Shown: positions 12,623 to 24,184, numbered from the stretch's first letter. The stretch: DNA of 64,000 nucleotides from Eledone cirrhosa (GCA_964016885.1 OZ024753.1:28272001-28336000); one strand, 5' to 3'. Numbers and translations: made by a program. Notes: a model not told the origin generated them from the sequence alone.

Positions 12623-15169
12623 CTGTCCACAAATAATAGAATACAATGATGTCTCATTTCGTTCTTGATAACAAAATGTACATTTCATACGCATAATTAA
12701 AATAGAAATTAAGATCCAGCACATCCCCTAACCAGTTTTTAAATGAAAATAAAATATAAAGAAAATTTGCAGGAATCAAAATGTGTTGTTTGAGACAAAA
12801 TCCCGATAAGTTTTATTTTTTTTTTAATCAGAGAGACTGAGGGAAGTAGACAGGGGGTGGGGGGTGATCAACACTTTAACAAATAAGCATTTTAATTATA
12901 TTAATTATTTATCTAATTATCATACTAACAAGCCAACCTTTAAAACCATTTGGGATTGTTGCTGTTCTTTTGTTATGGAAAAAAAAGTTTACATATATAT
13001 ATAAAAACAAATGGAGAAAATGTCGGTCATTTCTGTTGCTTAGGTCAGACTTGATTGAGCAGAAGCAACATTTAAATATTTCCATCATGACTCTTCGTCT
13101 TCTCTCTTCCTAGTTTCATGTTTCCTTTCTTTTAGAAAGAATGGTATGATTGAAAAGAAATTTGTTTCGTTGTTCTTTAATGCTGATCAAACAACCACGT
13201 AGAAGCTCCCTCGTCTGATCATGTGTGTATATATATATATATATATACACATACATACATATATACGCACACACATACATACATATATGTGTGTATATAT
13301 ATATATATACACACATATATACATATACACATATAGAGAGAGATCTTATATATGTATGTAAGTATATACACTTGCATCTAATTTGAAAATCTTTTATCAA
13401 AATTTGTTGCAAGTATGTATGTGACAGGTTTATATACGTGAGGGTCAATAACATTCACATATGAAACATTGTTATGAACTTTTCAAACAGACACACACGC
13501 AAGGGAACTTTTTTCTTTCTGTTATATTAATTCATTAAATTCTCTATTTTCGTAGTAATCAACTCGTCCAACTTGGAAAAAGTTAGAAATAACAATGACG
13601 ATGACAAAGTTTTCTATAACAAATATTCGTGTCTAGAGAGTGGGACAGTGGCTAACCTACATACGATCATTGCGGAAGGAGAAACTGGTTTATACTTAAG
13701 GTAAAATCTTCCAAATTAAACTAGGTGGCTTCAATATAATTTCACTATATTATTTTTAAAATGCAACTTATTTGTGCAGAAATGGACAATTATGTGTTTT
13801 AAATCGCTGTTAATAATCTAAAATTCCCGGATTTTTCCAAAACGGAGCGCACTGTCTGAAATATTAACTTTTCTTTCTCACACGGCAAACCAATAACCTA
13901 GTTTATGAGACATGCTTATGCTATTATATGTAGGTATGTGTTGTGTATTATATATAAAATAAAGTGTTTGAATATCTTTAACTGTATAAAACTTGCGATC
14001 AAGAAGTAGATCAGTCAAAAGTACAAAAATATATTTAAATTTGTATTTACAAAAATATATATATTTTTAAAGTTACCCAACAAACATTTACCTCATGGTT
14101 AATTTCAGATTTGCAAAAAAAAATGAAAAGGCGAAGAAAAAAAATATTTCAAAAATACTGATCATCTGAATAAAGTGATCACCCCCCCCCCCAACCATCT
14201 AAAAGGGGCTGAAATACTGTCAACATCATTTTTTTTTTTATAGATCTATCTTGAATTGTGTTTAAGGAGTTAAGAAAATAAAACATACCTTAGTTTGAGC
14301 TCCCAAAGTAAAACAAATCCTAATGAGTTTGTAGTAAAGTAATAACAAAGAGTTCCCGCTAACTTTTTTTAAAGTATTTTGATGTTACTGTGAATAGTTT
14401 GTTAATGATAATAGAATGATCTAGGGTGAGACAGGGAAGTATGAAATACCTTCCAGCCACGTAAAGATTTACTGATATTAAACGTCATCAAAATAATTGT
14501 AGGAGGTAAGAGAAATCACAATTGCCCTTCAGATAATACATACAGTAATACACGTTGTAATGTATGTTTATGTATGTAAGTATATAATGAAATAAATGTG
14601 TGTATGAAGTTATGACTGTCTTAATGCTTGACAAGTTTGTGTGAGTTGAAGTAATGGTGTTAGTGAGGAGGAGGGAAGGAGATATGACCAGTGTAAGTGA
14701 ACAGAGAATCAAGGGGGAGAAGGTGAGATATCTAACATAGATAGAGAGGAAGCTAGAACTTAGGGAGGGGGGACGTACAATTGAGATACGGAGAGGCAAG
14801 AGGAGAAGGCTAGAAGACAAATGAGATGGGTGTGTATATATGTATATAAGGACAACAGGGGAAGGGGAGTAGACAAACAGTTAAAAAGTGGAGGAAAGTG
14901 AAGGGTAGAGCCGAAAGTGGTTGGGAGAAGAGAGAACATACACAGCCTGTGAGAGTGTATGTATTTGGTTTGGAATTAATAGTGTTGAATGTTCAGTCTT
15001 ATACTTCGTTTTCAGTCTTTGTCTCCATTAACATTTACAATTGTGAGTCTAAATACAACAACAAAAATGAGAAAGAATACTCAGTCATCGCTATTCCAAT
15101 GACACGAGCCCTGGTAGTGTGAGGGAACGTTCTCTGGTGTACAGAATCCCTGGCGCAAGCCACCACATG

Positions 15170-15250
15170 GTTCTAACAGACAGAATGGAGAAAGCGTTGC
15201 CTCGGAGGATAGAGAGGGAAACATTGGAATTTGTGGGGCCGATTCCTGTT
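15170..15250 (-). mobile_element. CRE-type 3' remnant
   Basis: Reads VSLSILRGNAFSILS. Confidence 0.55.
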
Positions 15251-16558
15251 AGAATAGATATTGGTTTAGAGGCAAACTGAAAAAAAAACAACAACTATAG
15301 AACAGACACGGAGAGAAAGAGTGAAGGAAGAAAAAAGACCGGTAAAAAAAAAAATAGATATAATAAATGAAGGGAAAAATGAATATAATAAATGTGTCCG
15401 TAAGGGAAAAGAAGAAACCGTGAGAAAAAAATTTCTTTCACTACAAGAGTGCCAAGTATCAAGACCTTATGCAGGCGTGCAGGAAGTATGACTATTTCCA
15501 GTGGAGTCTCAGCTTAATCAGTATAGAGAATGTTCACTGCCATTAGAATAACAGGAAGAGAGAAGGCAACAGAGAGGGCGTCGTGTGTTTTGCTATATCT
15601 TCCTTAGGCAACATATAGCAAGACACATGACGCCAGAGCCTCCGAGGTGAGATCGGGCACAGCCCGACGAAGCCAAAGCAAGGTATAGCAAGACACACGA
15701 AGGAAGAGCCTGCAAGTCGAGTCCGAGCACAACCTGGCGAAGCCTAAGCAAGATATAGCAAAACCAGAGCATGGGAGGCATAGGAACATCAGGTAGGTGA
15801 CAAAAAAAGCACCCATCCACACAGTAAAGTGGTCGTGTACGTGTCACGACAAAAATCACCCAGTCCACACTGTAAATGAGGTTGGCATTAGGAAGGTCAT
15901 CTAACTGTAGAAACCGAGCCAAAATCAGTTCTGTACGAGCAAGACATGGTCACCTGACCTAGCATTGCCCACAACGGGACAACTTGTCTAACACAGTCAC
16001 ACTGTAAAGTAGTTGTGTACATGTCATGACAAAAAGCACCCAGTACTCACTGTAAATCTCTCTCTCTCTATATATTTATATATATAAGTATGTATACGTA
16101 CATACATATATGTGTACAGACGTACAGTAGTATGTATATATATACATACATGCACACATATATGTACGTATGGGTTTACCGAACATTTATTATAATGTTC
16201 GGGCTGTTTGTAAACAAACAGCCCGAATTACACCGTACAGTGTTCGGAAACCATCGTCGCCCTTTTGTTCAACACTGACACAGGATCGATGTACTAGTTT
16301 CAAGCTTATTAGCTATCGTCAGCATCGTATACCTTTCTGTCAGATGATTGAACGTTTGGAAGTATATACTTTCCCTATGCATATTAACGGCTGAGCAGCC
16401 TAATTTGCATATCGAGTGGGTTAGTCGGCCGGGCGCACCGAAAACGATACTGTACGTCTGTACACATATGTATGTACGTATACATACTTATATTTAGGTA
16501 TCAGCCATACTAAGATAAACTTCGTTTCATTCTTTTCCATTTATATATATATATATAG

Positions 16559-16949
16559 GGAGGCACATGGCTTAGTGGTTAGAGCATTGGCCTTGCAATC
16601 AAAAGGTTGTGAGTTCAATTCTCAGACCAGGTGGTGTGTTGTTTCCTTGAGCAAGACACTTTATTTCACATTGCTCCAGTTTACTCAGCTGTAGAAATGA
16701 GATGATAGGACTGGGGTCCCTATCATTCCACTGCAAAGTGGTCGCGTAGGTGCCACGGAAAAAAAAAAAAAAGCACCCAACCAACACTGTAAAGTGGACG
16801 TGTAGGCGCCACAGAAAAAAAGCACCCAGCACTCACTGTAAATGAGGTTGGTGTTAGGAAGGGCATCCAGCTGTAGAAATGAAATCAAGCCAGAATCAGT
16901 TCCCGTCCCACCCTTGCAAGCAGGGAAAAGCGGACATAAAATGAAATGA
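16559..16949 (+). mobile_element. tRNA-CORE SINE with bipartite RTE-derived body and tail (family A)
   Basis: A and B boxes, core CCTTGAGCAAGACACTT, GTTAGGAAGGGCATCC motif shared with the LINE 5'UTR, and a tail matching LINE 23498-23540. Confidence 0.9.
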
Positions 16950-17147
16950 ATATATATATATACCCAGGGAGTGTAACTTGGAGTTACTGTAGGTTCACCC
17001 GGGTGAGCACTCGATGTTTAGGTTCACTTCTGTGTCGAGGTGTACAGCTAGACAGAGTGTATTATAGTAAAATAAAATAACACGGACGATTGGTTACTCC
17101 TTCATTACATTTATTGGTTGGTAATGAAGGAGTAACCAATCGTCCGT

Positions 17148-17342
17148 CAATATGAATGGCCCTGTTATTTTTATCTAAAGACATTTTTTCCAATTCCAAC
17201 CTGCCCGTCTCCTCAATCTATCTTATTTCTCGTTCTTTCTTCTGATGAAGTAGTCCTTCACGTCCGAAACCTTAAGACCCTTTTCCTGCTACATCAAGCG
17301 TTAACCTAATATATTATGTTGTTATTTCTGTTTATCTTTTGC
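17148..17342 (+). mobile_element. Penelope-like 3' end (family B) with rearranged hammerhead
   Basis: Homologous to 45716-45955. CTGATGAAG..GTCCGAAAC carries an internal micro-inversion. Confidence 0.7.
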
Positions 17343-18016
17343 ATATATATATATATATAGAGAGAGAGAGACAGAGAGAGAGAGAGCGAAATTGGTGTGT
17401 TATAAATTCTTAAATATTTGTTGTTTTATTTTTGTTTCTTTTTCTTCTAAACCTTGATAATATAAAGCAAATTGCCATCCAGTGAAAAATTAATATAGGT
17501 ACGTAGTTTGTGAATAGTTGTGTTATAAAGAAAGACTACAGCTGCTGCAATGTTATAATGAAATGTTATTCTAATAAATCAATATTTCTGATTTGGGTTT
17601 GAATCCCTCTCAATTGTGTAATAAAATGATTATAACATTCACCCACCCCTTTAAAGAACAACAACAAGAAAAAAAACACACACAGAGAGAAGAAAAACAC
17701 AAAAAATATATATATAATTAATTTGAGCAAAATAAAAAGAAACAAAAGTAAGTTGAATGCAGATATGGTAGGGTGGGGTGTACAGAAATTAGGAAAAATA
17801 TATTAATAAAACTTGTAAGTTATAATAAAGATGATTTGAAGGAAATTAAGAGTCATATTGAAAATAATCTTCTAAATAAAGTAGCAAAAAAAAGAAAGAA
17901 TGAAATGAAATGAGGAAAATTAAAATGGAAGGGAAAGTATTTAACCATAATGATATATATATATACATATAATGCATGTGTGTGTGTATGTTTATATACA
18001 TATATATGTGTGTGTG

Positions 18017-18072
<56 letters not shown>

Positions 18073-18243
18073 ATCACAAGAGTAAGAATGATGGAGTCAT
18101 TTGACTGACATGGCTTAAAGAAGCTGTTTGCACAATTGCAAATGAATCGAATATTATTATTACTCAAAAAACTCAGATTACATTATTTTGTATTCATCCA
18201 TGTAGAGTGATAAAACTGTTAGTTATTATATATATTATATATA

Positions 18244-18286
<43 letters not shown>

Positions 18287-18297
18287 ATATATATATA

Positions 18298-18517
18298 ACG
18301 AAGGAGTTGTGGTAAGGAACCAGATGGACTATAACGCACCAGAGTACTCAATACTCAGGGTAGTAGAGTGGGTAATAGGAAAATGTATGACCCCGACAGC
18401 AGAGATCAAGCCGTTTCGACGCCCATTTCTGGACTAAATTAGAAAAATTCTAATTTAGTCCAGAAATAGCCGTCGAAATGGCTTGAGCTCTGCCGTTGGG
18501 GTCATACATTTTCCTAT
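18298..18517 (-). mobile_element. (TA)n-embedded fold-back repeat (family C; probable Penelope-like terminus)
   Basis: ~68-bp inverted arms at 18376-18516. Homologues at 11905-12002, 18893-19032, 24397-24598, 40820-40880 and 46725-46955 all adjoin TA repeats. Confidence 0.65.
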
Positions 18518-19517
18518 ATATATATATATGTGTGTGTGTCCATCAGTAACTACATAGATAAACACATAAAGAGAAGGAGAGAGAAACATGTTTTGATGAC
18601 AATCAACAAACATTTTAAATGAAATTAGGAAAGTATAAGATAGAATAGCTCCTTGCCTGGGTGGAACACTATCAATCATGTAAAAAATGATATAACATAT
18701 AAAACCATTTAGGGTTACACACTCACATACAGGCAGGACCCACTTGTTTCATTGAGTCAGAAAGCCTTATATTCCTGTTCACCCATCATGCATACACAAA
18801 GACAAGCACTTTTTACATAGTTACATAAGCGTGTGAATGATTTACGGATAAAGTCACATAGAAATGCATTTGTATATATATATATATATATCAGAGAGGG
18901 TGCGGTAAGATACCAGGTGGACTATAACCCACCAATTACTCGATACTTGGGGTAGTAGAGTGGGTAATATGAACAGTTTGGATCTAGCTGTTGAAATGGC
19001 CGGCACTCAACCATCGGGGTCCTGAATCTTACTATATATATTTTTATATTTATATTTATATATATATATATAGAGAGGAGTCCTTGCCCTTTCGTCCGGC
19101 AGCATGAGGTGAATTTGTCGTTATCTTTGGCATTGTCTTCGAGTGTCCAGATTCTTCAGACTCTCCAGAAATTCCTTAGTCCATCCATCCAGTGTGGACG
19201 GGAGTTTTCCCACTTGAGGCAAGAGTGGTTGTCCTGCTCGTATAGGACTGTCTGGCGGGTTTTCTACGGCTGGATGCCCTTCCTAACACCAACCACGTTT
19301 ACAGTGTGGACTGGGAGGTTTTTACCGTGTTACCTACACGGCCACATTACAGCATGGACTGTGTGTTTTTTTGTCGTGACACCTACACGACCTCCTGATA
19401 TTAGAAAATAATGAAACATTGAAATTCATCATATTTGTTTCCCTTTTCATAGTTACAGTATATTTACTTGGTTATATTACAATTACTGTATAGGTTTTAT
19501 GTTTTGAACTGATAATA

Positions 19518-19549
<32 letters not shown>

Positions 19550-20279
19550 TAACGCCTACACTCGTCCCCACCATCACCACATTACTCTAAGATCGCTGTC
19601 CTGTCCCCTGTTGACATACTGCTGACTCTCTTTTGATGTATGTATGTGTATATACATATGTGTGTGTATATGTATATCTCAGTGGATGCGACCAGATTTC
19701 AACACAGCAACAACTACAACAACAACAGCAGCAACACCAACAACAACAACAACAGCAACAACACCATCGTCTGTGTTGAATGTGTGTGTATGTATTTGTA
19801 TATATGCGACAGCAATAACAGCATCAACACCATTGTCTGCAGCAACAGCAGCAGTGAGATGAAGGACAACAACAACAGTAACAACTACAATAACAACTAC
19901 AGCACCAACAACTGCCACCACCATCACTGACCATCCACCACCACCACACTGACACCACCACCACACTGACACCATCCACCACCGCCATTACCAGCGTAAA
20001 CAAACAATTATTATTGTTATTGTTATTATATACAAGCCGAACTGGACTGGGAAAGGTCAACAGTTGACATGATAGTGATTTTGACGATTTTGACTTTGAT
20101 TTTGATTTTGTATCAGTACTGTCGGTAATATATGTATATATATATATGTTTGTGAGTGGTGTGCGTGATTGTATGCATGAATGAGTGTTGGTATGTGTGG
20201 TTGTGGTTTGTATGCATGAGTATTAGTGTGTGAGTCGTGTCAATAAGTTTTTTTTTTTTTTTTTTTTTTTTTTAATAAT

Positions 20280-23200
20280 GACGATGCTGTAAAATGGAGG
20301 GGTAGAGAGGGCCCTTGAGTCTAGTAAGACATCCTCTCTAGTGCTGGTGGCACAAATAAAAGCACCCAGTCCATGCTGTAAAGTGGCGCTGGTGTTAGGA
20401 AGGGCATCCAACCAGTGTATCAACGCCAAAAAGCTTATCAGCACAGCAACAAAACAGCATAGAAAATATGAAGACGTCGCATCTCAGAGTTGCAACACTT
20501 AATGTTGGCACTCTCAGAGGTAGGTCTGCTGAAATAGCGGAGATGCTGGAGAGAAGGCAGGTGGATGTGTGCTGCGTGCAAGAGGTGAGATGGAGGGGTG
20601 CCTCTGCGAGACTAGTCGTAGGCAAGCGTCTTAGCTATAAGCTATTCTGGGTAGGTAAGGATGATGGGTTAGGGGGAGTAGGCATTTTCCTGGCTGAGAA
20701 ATGGATCAATAAGACAATAGAGGTAGTTCGAGTTAGTAATCGAATAATTAAGCTTAGATTAGTTGTAGGTAGGAGACTACTGACAATCATCTCGGTCTAT
20801 GCTCCCCAAGCAGGCCTAGGCAAAGATGAGAAAGACTGCTTTTATGAGCAACTTTTGCAAACAACCACAATGACAGAGGACGGAGACATCGTTATGCTAG
20901 CAGGAGACTTCAATGGTCATGTTGGACAGCTCCAGGATGGTTACACTGGGGTACATGGTGGGCACGGTTACGGTTCAAGAAATGAAGAAGGAGTGAGACT
21001 TCTTGAATTTTGTGATGCAAGTACATTGACTATTTGCAACACAAACTTCCAGAAACCTGCCAATCACCTAATAACCTACAAATCTGGTGAGCACATAAGC
21101 CAGATTGACTTCCTGCTAGTTAGGCAGCGGGACAGGCAGATAGTGTCTAATACCAAGGCATACCCTGGGGAAGAATGTACCCCACAGCATAGGTTAGTTG
21201 TTAGTGATATCTCAGTAAGCAAGAGATGGAATGAGACATATAGGAAGGTGTGGAGAAGAAAGGTCTGGAAGCTAAAAGACCTTTCACTAAAATTCAAATT
21301 TAGGAAAGCCCTTCAAGATGTATATGACGAAAAAGAAGACGATTTAGAGACGTATGACATAGATAATAACTGGAAGTTCTTACGTGACAACTTGCTGAAG
21401 GCTACTGATGAAACCTGTGGCTGGAGCAGAGCTCCAACCAGACAGAGAGTGACCTGGTGGTGGAACAGCAGTGTAGATAAGGCTATTAGAGACAAAAGAC
21501 TAGCATGGAAGGCTTGGAATAAGGGTGGGAGTAGGGAAGAATATACAGCCACTAAGAGAGAAGCTAGACGTCAGGTGTACTTAGCACGCAGGGAGGCAGA
21601 GAGTAGGAGGTTTGCCAATGTTCTGCGACGGGAAGATCAGAGGCGTGCGGTGTTCCACATTGCAAGGCAGTGTGTCAATGCAAATCAGGATGTTGTTGGT
21701 GATAAATGTGTCCGGGATGATGCCGGTGTACTTAGTGTCACGAATGACCAGAAAAAGGAGGCCTGGAAATGTCATTATGAGAGACTGATGAATGTGGAGA
21801 ACGAATGGGAGAGAGAGAAATTACCCTTGGTAGATCCGACAGAGGGACCAGCTATTGAGATTGACGAATATAGGGTCCAAGAGGCGATTAGGGAAATGAA
21901 AAATGGTAAGGCGGCCGGACCATCGGGAATAGTTGCTGAGATGCTGAAGGCATCAGGGGACGTAGGCACTAAACTGGTTGCACGCATAATCAATCAGGCT
22001 ATATATGGTGGTGTCATACCCAAAGACTGGTGCAGCAGTATTCTCATAAATTGCTACAAAGGTAAAGGGGATGCTTTGGAGAGGAGCAATTATAGGGGTA
22101 TAAAACTGATAGATCAGGTTATGAAAGTGGCAGAAAGGATTTTAGCACAACTAATTAGAGAAAGGGTCAAACTAGATGAGATGCAGTTTGGTTTTGTGCC
22201 TGGGAAGAGTACAACAGATGCCTTCTTCTTGGTGAGACAAATGCAAGAGAGGTTCTTAGAGAAGAATAAGCCACTATACTTAGCCTTTGTTGACCTAGAG
22301 AAGGCCTTTGATAGGGTACCCCGATCTGTCATCTGGTGGTCCCTAAGGAAGCTGGGTGTTGAGGAATGGCTTGTAAGGACAGTGCAAACTTTGTACAGAG
22401 GTACTCTCAGTAAAGTCAGGGTAGGAATGGAGTTTAGTGAGGAATTCCAGATACAAGTAGGAGTACATCAGGGTTCGGTCCTCAGCCCGCTCTTGTTCAT
22501 TATAGTCCTCCAAGCCATAACAGAGGAGTTTAAGACTGGCTGTCCATGGGAACTTCTCTATGCTGACGATCTGGCTCTAATGGCAGAATCAGTAGAGGAG
22601 CTAGAGAATAAATTCCGGCTATGGAAACAGCAGTTGGAAGCAAGAGGACTGAGAGTAAATCTAGCTAAGACAAAAGTGTTGATGAGTAGAAAAGAGGACA
22701 AAACCCTGATTCCGTCAGGGAAATGGCCATGTTCGATATGCAGAAAAGGAACTGGCATAAATTCTATAAAATGCACACAATGTAGGTCCTGGGTACACAA
22801 GAGATGTAGCGGGATAGCAGGCAAACTAACAGGTAGGGAGAACTATGTATGCAGTAGATGTACAGGGAAATTAGACAGTAGAAGTCGCACTGATAGACAC
22901 ATTTTTCAAATGCGAGAGGGCGCTATAGAAGTGGTGGATAGCTTCCGGTACCTAGGAGATCAGATTAGCATGGGAGGAGGGTGTTCCGAGGCCATAGTAT
23001 CTAGAATAAGGACGGGTTGGAAGAAGTTTAGGGAGCTGCTTCCTCTGTTGACGAAGAAGGGTTTCTCCCTGCGTACGAAAGGCTGGTTGTATGATGCCTG
23101 TGTGAGGAGCGCGATGCTGCATGGTAGTGAGACATGGGCAGCTACCGCAGAAGATATGCGACGGCTGGAGAGAAATGAGGCAAGCATGCTCCGTTGGATG

Positions 23201-23562
23201 TGCAGTGTAAATGTGCGTGAACGACCCAGCATAAATGTGTTGAGAGAGAAACTGTGTCTGAGAGGGATAGAATGTAGTGTACGGGAGAGGAGACTGAGGT
23301 GGTATGGACATGTGATGCGCATGGAGGATGACCGATGGGTGAAGAAGTGCCAGGAAATGCCAGTTGAAGGAAGACGTGGTAGAGGTAGACCACGAAAAAC
23401 ATGGGCGGAGGTGGTGAGACCAGACCTCAGATCATTGAAGCTCACGGTGGAGATGACGAAGGACCGTGACGAGTGGAGAGATGCTGTGCTGAATAAGACC
23501 CGTCCCACCCTTGCAAGCAGGGAAAAGCGGACGTAAAATGATGATGATGATGATGATGATGA
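20280..23562 (+). mobile_element. Apparently full-length RTE-clade LINE
   Basis: ~190-bp 5'UTR, a single intact EN-RT ORF, and a (GAT)n tail straight after the stop. The exact 5' end and TSD are uncertain. Confidence 0.95.
20468..23536 (+). CDS. RTE ORF: APE endonuclease + reverse transcriptase + inserted PHD finger, 1022 aa
   Basis: EN motifs TLNVGTL, VQEVRW, SVYAPQ, GDFNGHVG, SQIDF, QH. RT motifs YRGIKL, QFGF, FVDLEKAFD, GVHQGSVLSP, YADD, FRYLG. C4HC3 finger at 22730-22861. C-terminal RRLRWYGHV and RGRPRKTW. Confidence 0.97.
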   Translation: MKTSHLRVATLNVGTLRGRSAEIAEMLERRQVDVCCVQEVRWRGASARLVVGKRLSYKLFWVGKDDGLGGVGIFLAEKWINKTIEVVRVSNRIIKLRLVVGRRLLTIISVYAPQAGLGKDEKDCFYEQLLQTTTMTEDGDIVMLAGDFNGHVGQLQDGYTGVHGGHGYGSRNEEGVRLLEFCDASTLTICNTNFQKPANHLITYKSGEHISQIDFLLVRQRDRQIVSNTKAYPGEECTPQHRLVVSDISVSKRWNETYRKVWRRKVWKLKDLSLKFKFRKALQDVYDEKEDDLETYDIDNNWKFLRDNLLKATDETCGWSRAPTRQRVTWWWNSSVDKAIRDKRLAWKAWNKGGSREEYTATKREARRQVYLARREAESRRFANVLRREDQRRAVFHIARQCVNANQDVVGDKCVRDDAGVLSVTNDQKKEAWKCHYERLMNVENEWEREKLPLVDPTEGPAIEIDEYRVQEAIREMKNGKAAGPSGIVAEMLKASGDVGTKLVARIINQAIYGGVIPKDWCSSILINCYKGKGDALERSNYRGIKLIDQVMKVAERILAQLIRERVKLDEMQFGFVPGKSTTDAFFLVRQMQERFLEKNKPLYLAFVDLEKAFDRVPRSVIWWSLRKLGVEEWLVRTVQTLYRGTLSKVRVGMEFSEEFQIQVGVHQGSVLSPLLFIIVLQAITEEFKTGCPWELLYADDLALMAESVEELENKFRLWKQQLEARGLRVNLAKTKVLMSRKEDKTLIPSGKWPCSICRKGTGINSIKCTQCRSWVHKRCSGIAGKLTGRENYVCSRCTGKLDSRSRTDRHIFQMREGAIEVVDSFRYLGDQISMGGGCSEAIVSRIRTGWKKFRELLPLLTKKGFSLRTKGWLYDACVRSAMLHGSETWAATAEDMRRLERNEASMLRWMCSVNVRERPSINVLREKLCLRGIECSVRERRLRWYGHVMRMEDDRWVKKCQEMPVEGRRGRGRPRKTWAEVVRPDLRSLKLTVEMTKDRDEWRDAVLNKTRPTLASREKRT

Positions 23563-23630
23563 ATAATAATAATTTAATTATTTTCTAATATCGGGAGTGA
23601 AATTACCTAGAAGCCTCATATATACATATA

Positions 23631-24184
23631 CAGTGCAGGGCAATAAAAATAGACGGTAACCACGGAGTGGGCGGACCCAGAGGAACCTGGGACGACTTGA
23701 TAAATTCCGACCTCACACACTTGCACCTCTCCAGGACGATGTCACTGGACCGAGATCTTTGGCACTATGCAGTCATACAGAAGACCCGCCTTGCCTAAGT
23801 ACAAAGCGAAACCTACAGTCAGTAGGCACCTCTAACAAAATACACCCCGTCGCACTACCCCCACCCCATCCACACCACCCCCTTAAATGTTAAGTTATGT
23901 TGGTACCACAACATCCAGTCCGAAACAAATGAGGTCGTGTAGGTGTCACGACAAAAAAACACACAGTCCATGCTGTAATGTGGCCGTGTAGGTAACACGG
24001 TAAAAACCTCCCAGTCCACACTGTAAACGTGATTGGTGTTAGGGAGGGCATCCAGCTGTAGAAAACCCGCCAGACAGTCCTATACGAGCAGGACAACAAA
24101 TCTTGCCTCAAGTGGGAAACCTCCCGTCCAAACCCATGCAAGCGTGGAAAATGGACGTTAAACGATGATGATGATGATGATGAT
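23631..24184 (+). mobile_element. 3' end of second RTE family (family D) with long structured 3'UTR
   Basis: Collinear with 33278-34190 and 45990-46603. Ends in (GAT)n. Confidence 0.85.

Noticed and set aside
16559-16632. tRNA gene
   Set aside because: A and B boxes are present, but it is the head of a multi-copy SINE and lacks a clean cloverleaf.
20281-20370. Possible HDV-like ribozyme in the PHD-RTE 5'UTR (TCCTCTC resembles L3)
   Set aside because: I could not assemble P1, P3 and the catalytic C. Only a TAGAGAGG/CCTCTCTA hairpin is evident.
21076-23508. Antisense ORFs over the LINE (and their mirrors at 21-2360)
   Set aside because: These are shadow frames of the RTE coding sequence.
20270-23575. 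AATAAT as target-site duplication of the intact LINE
   Set aside because: It is too short and low-complexity to distinguish from chance next to poly-T and (AAT)n.
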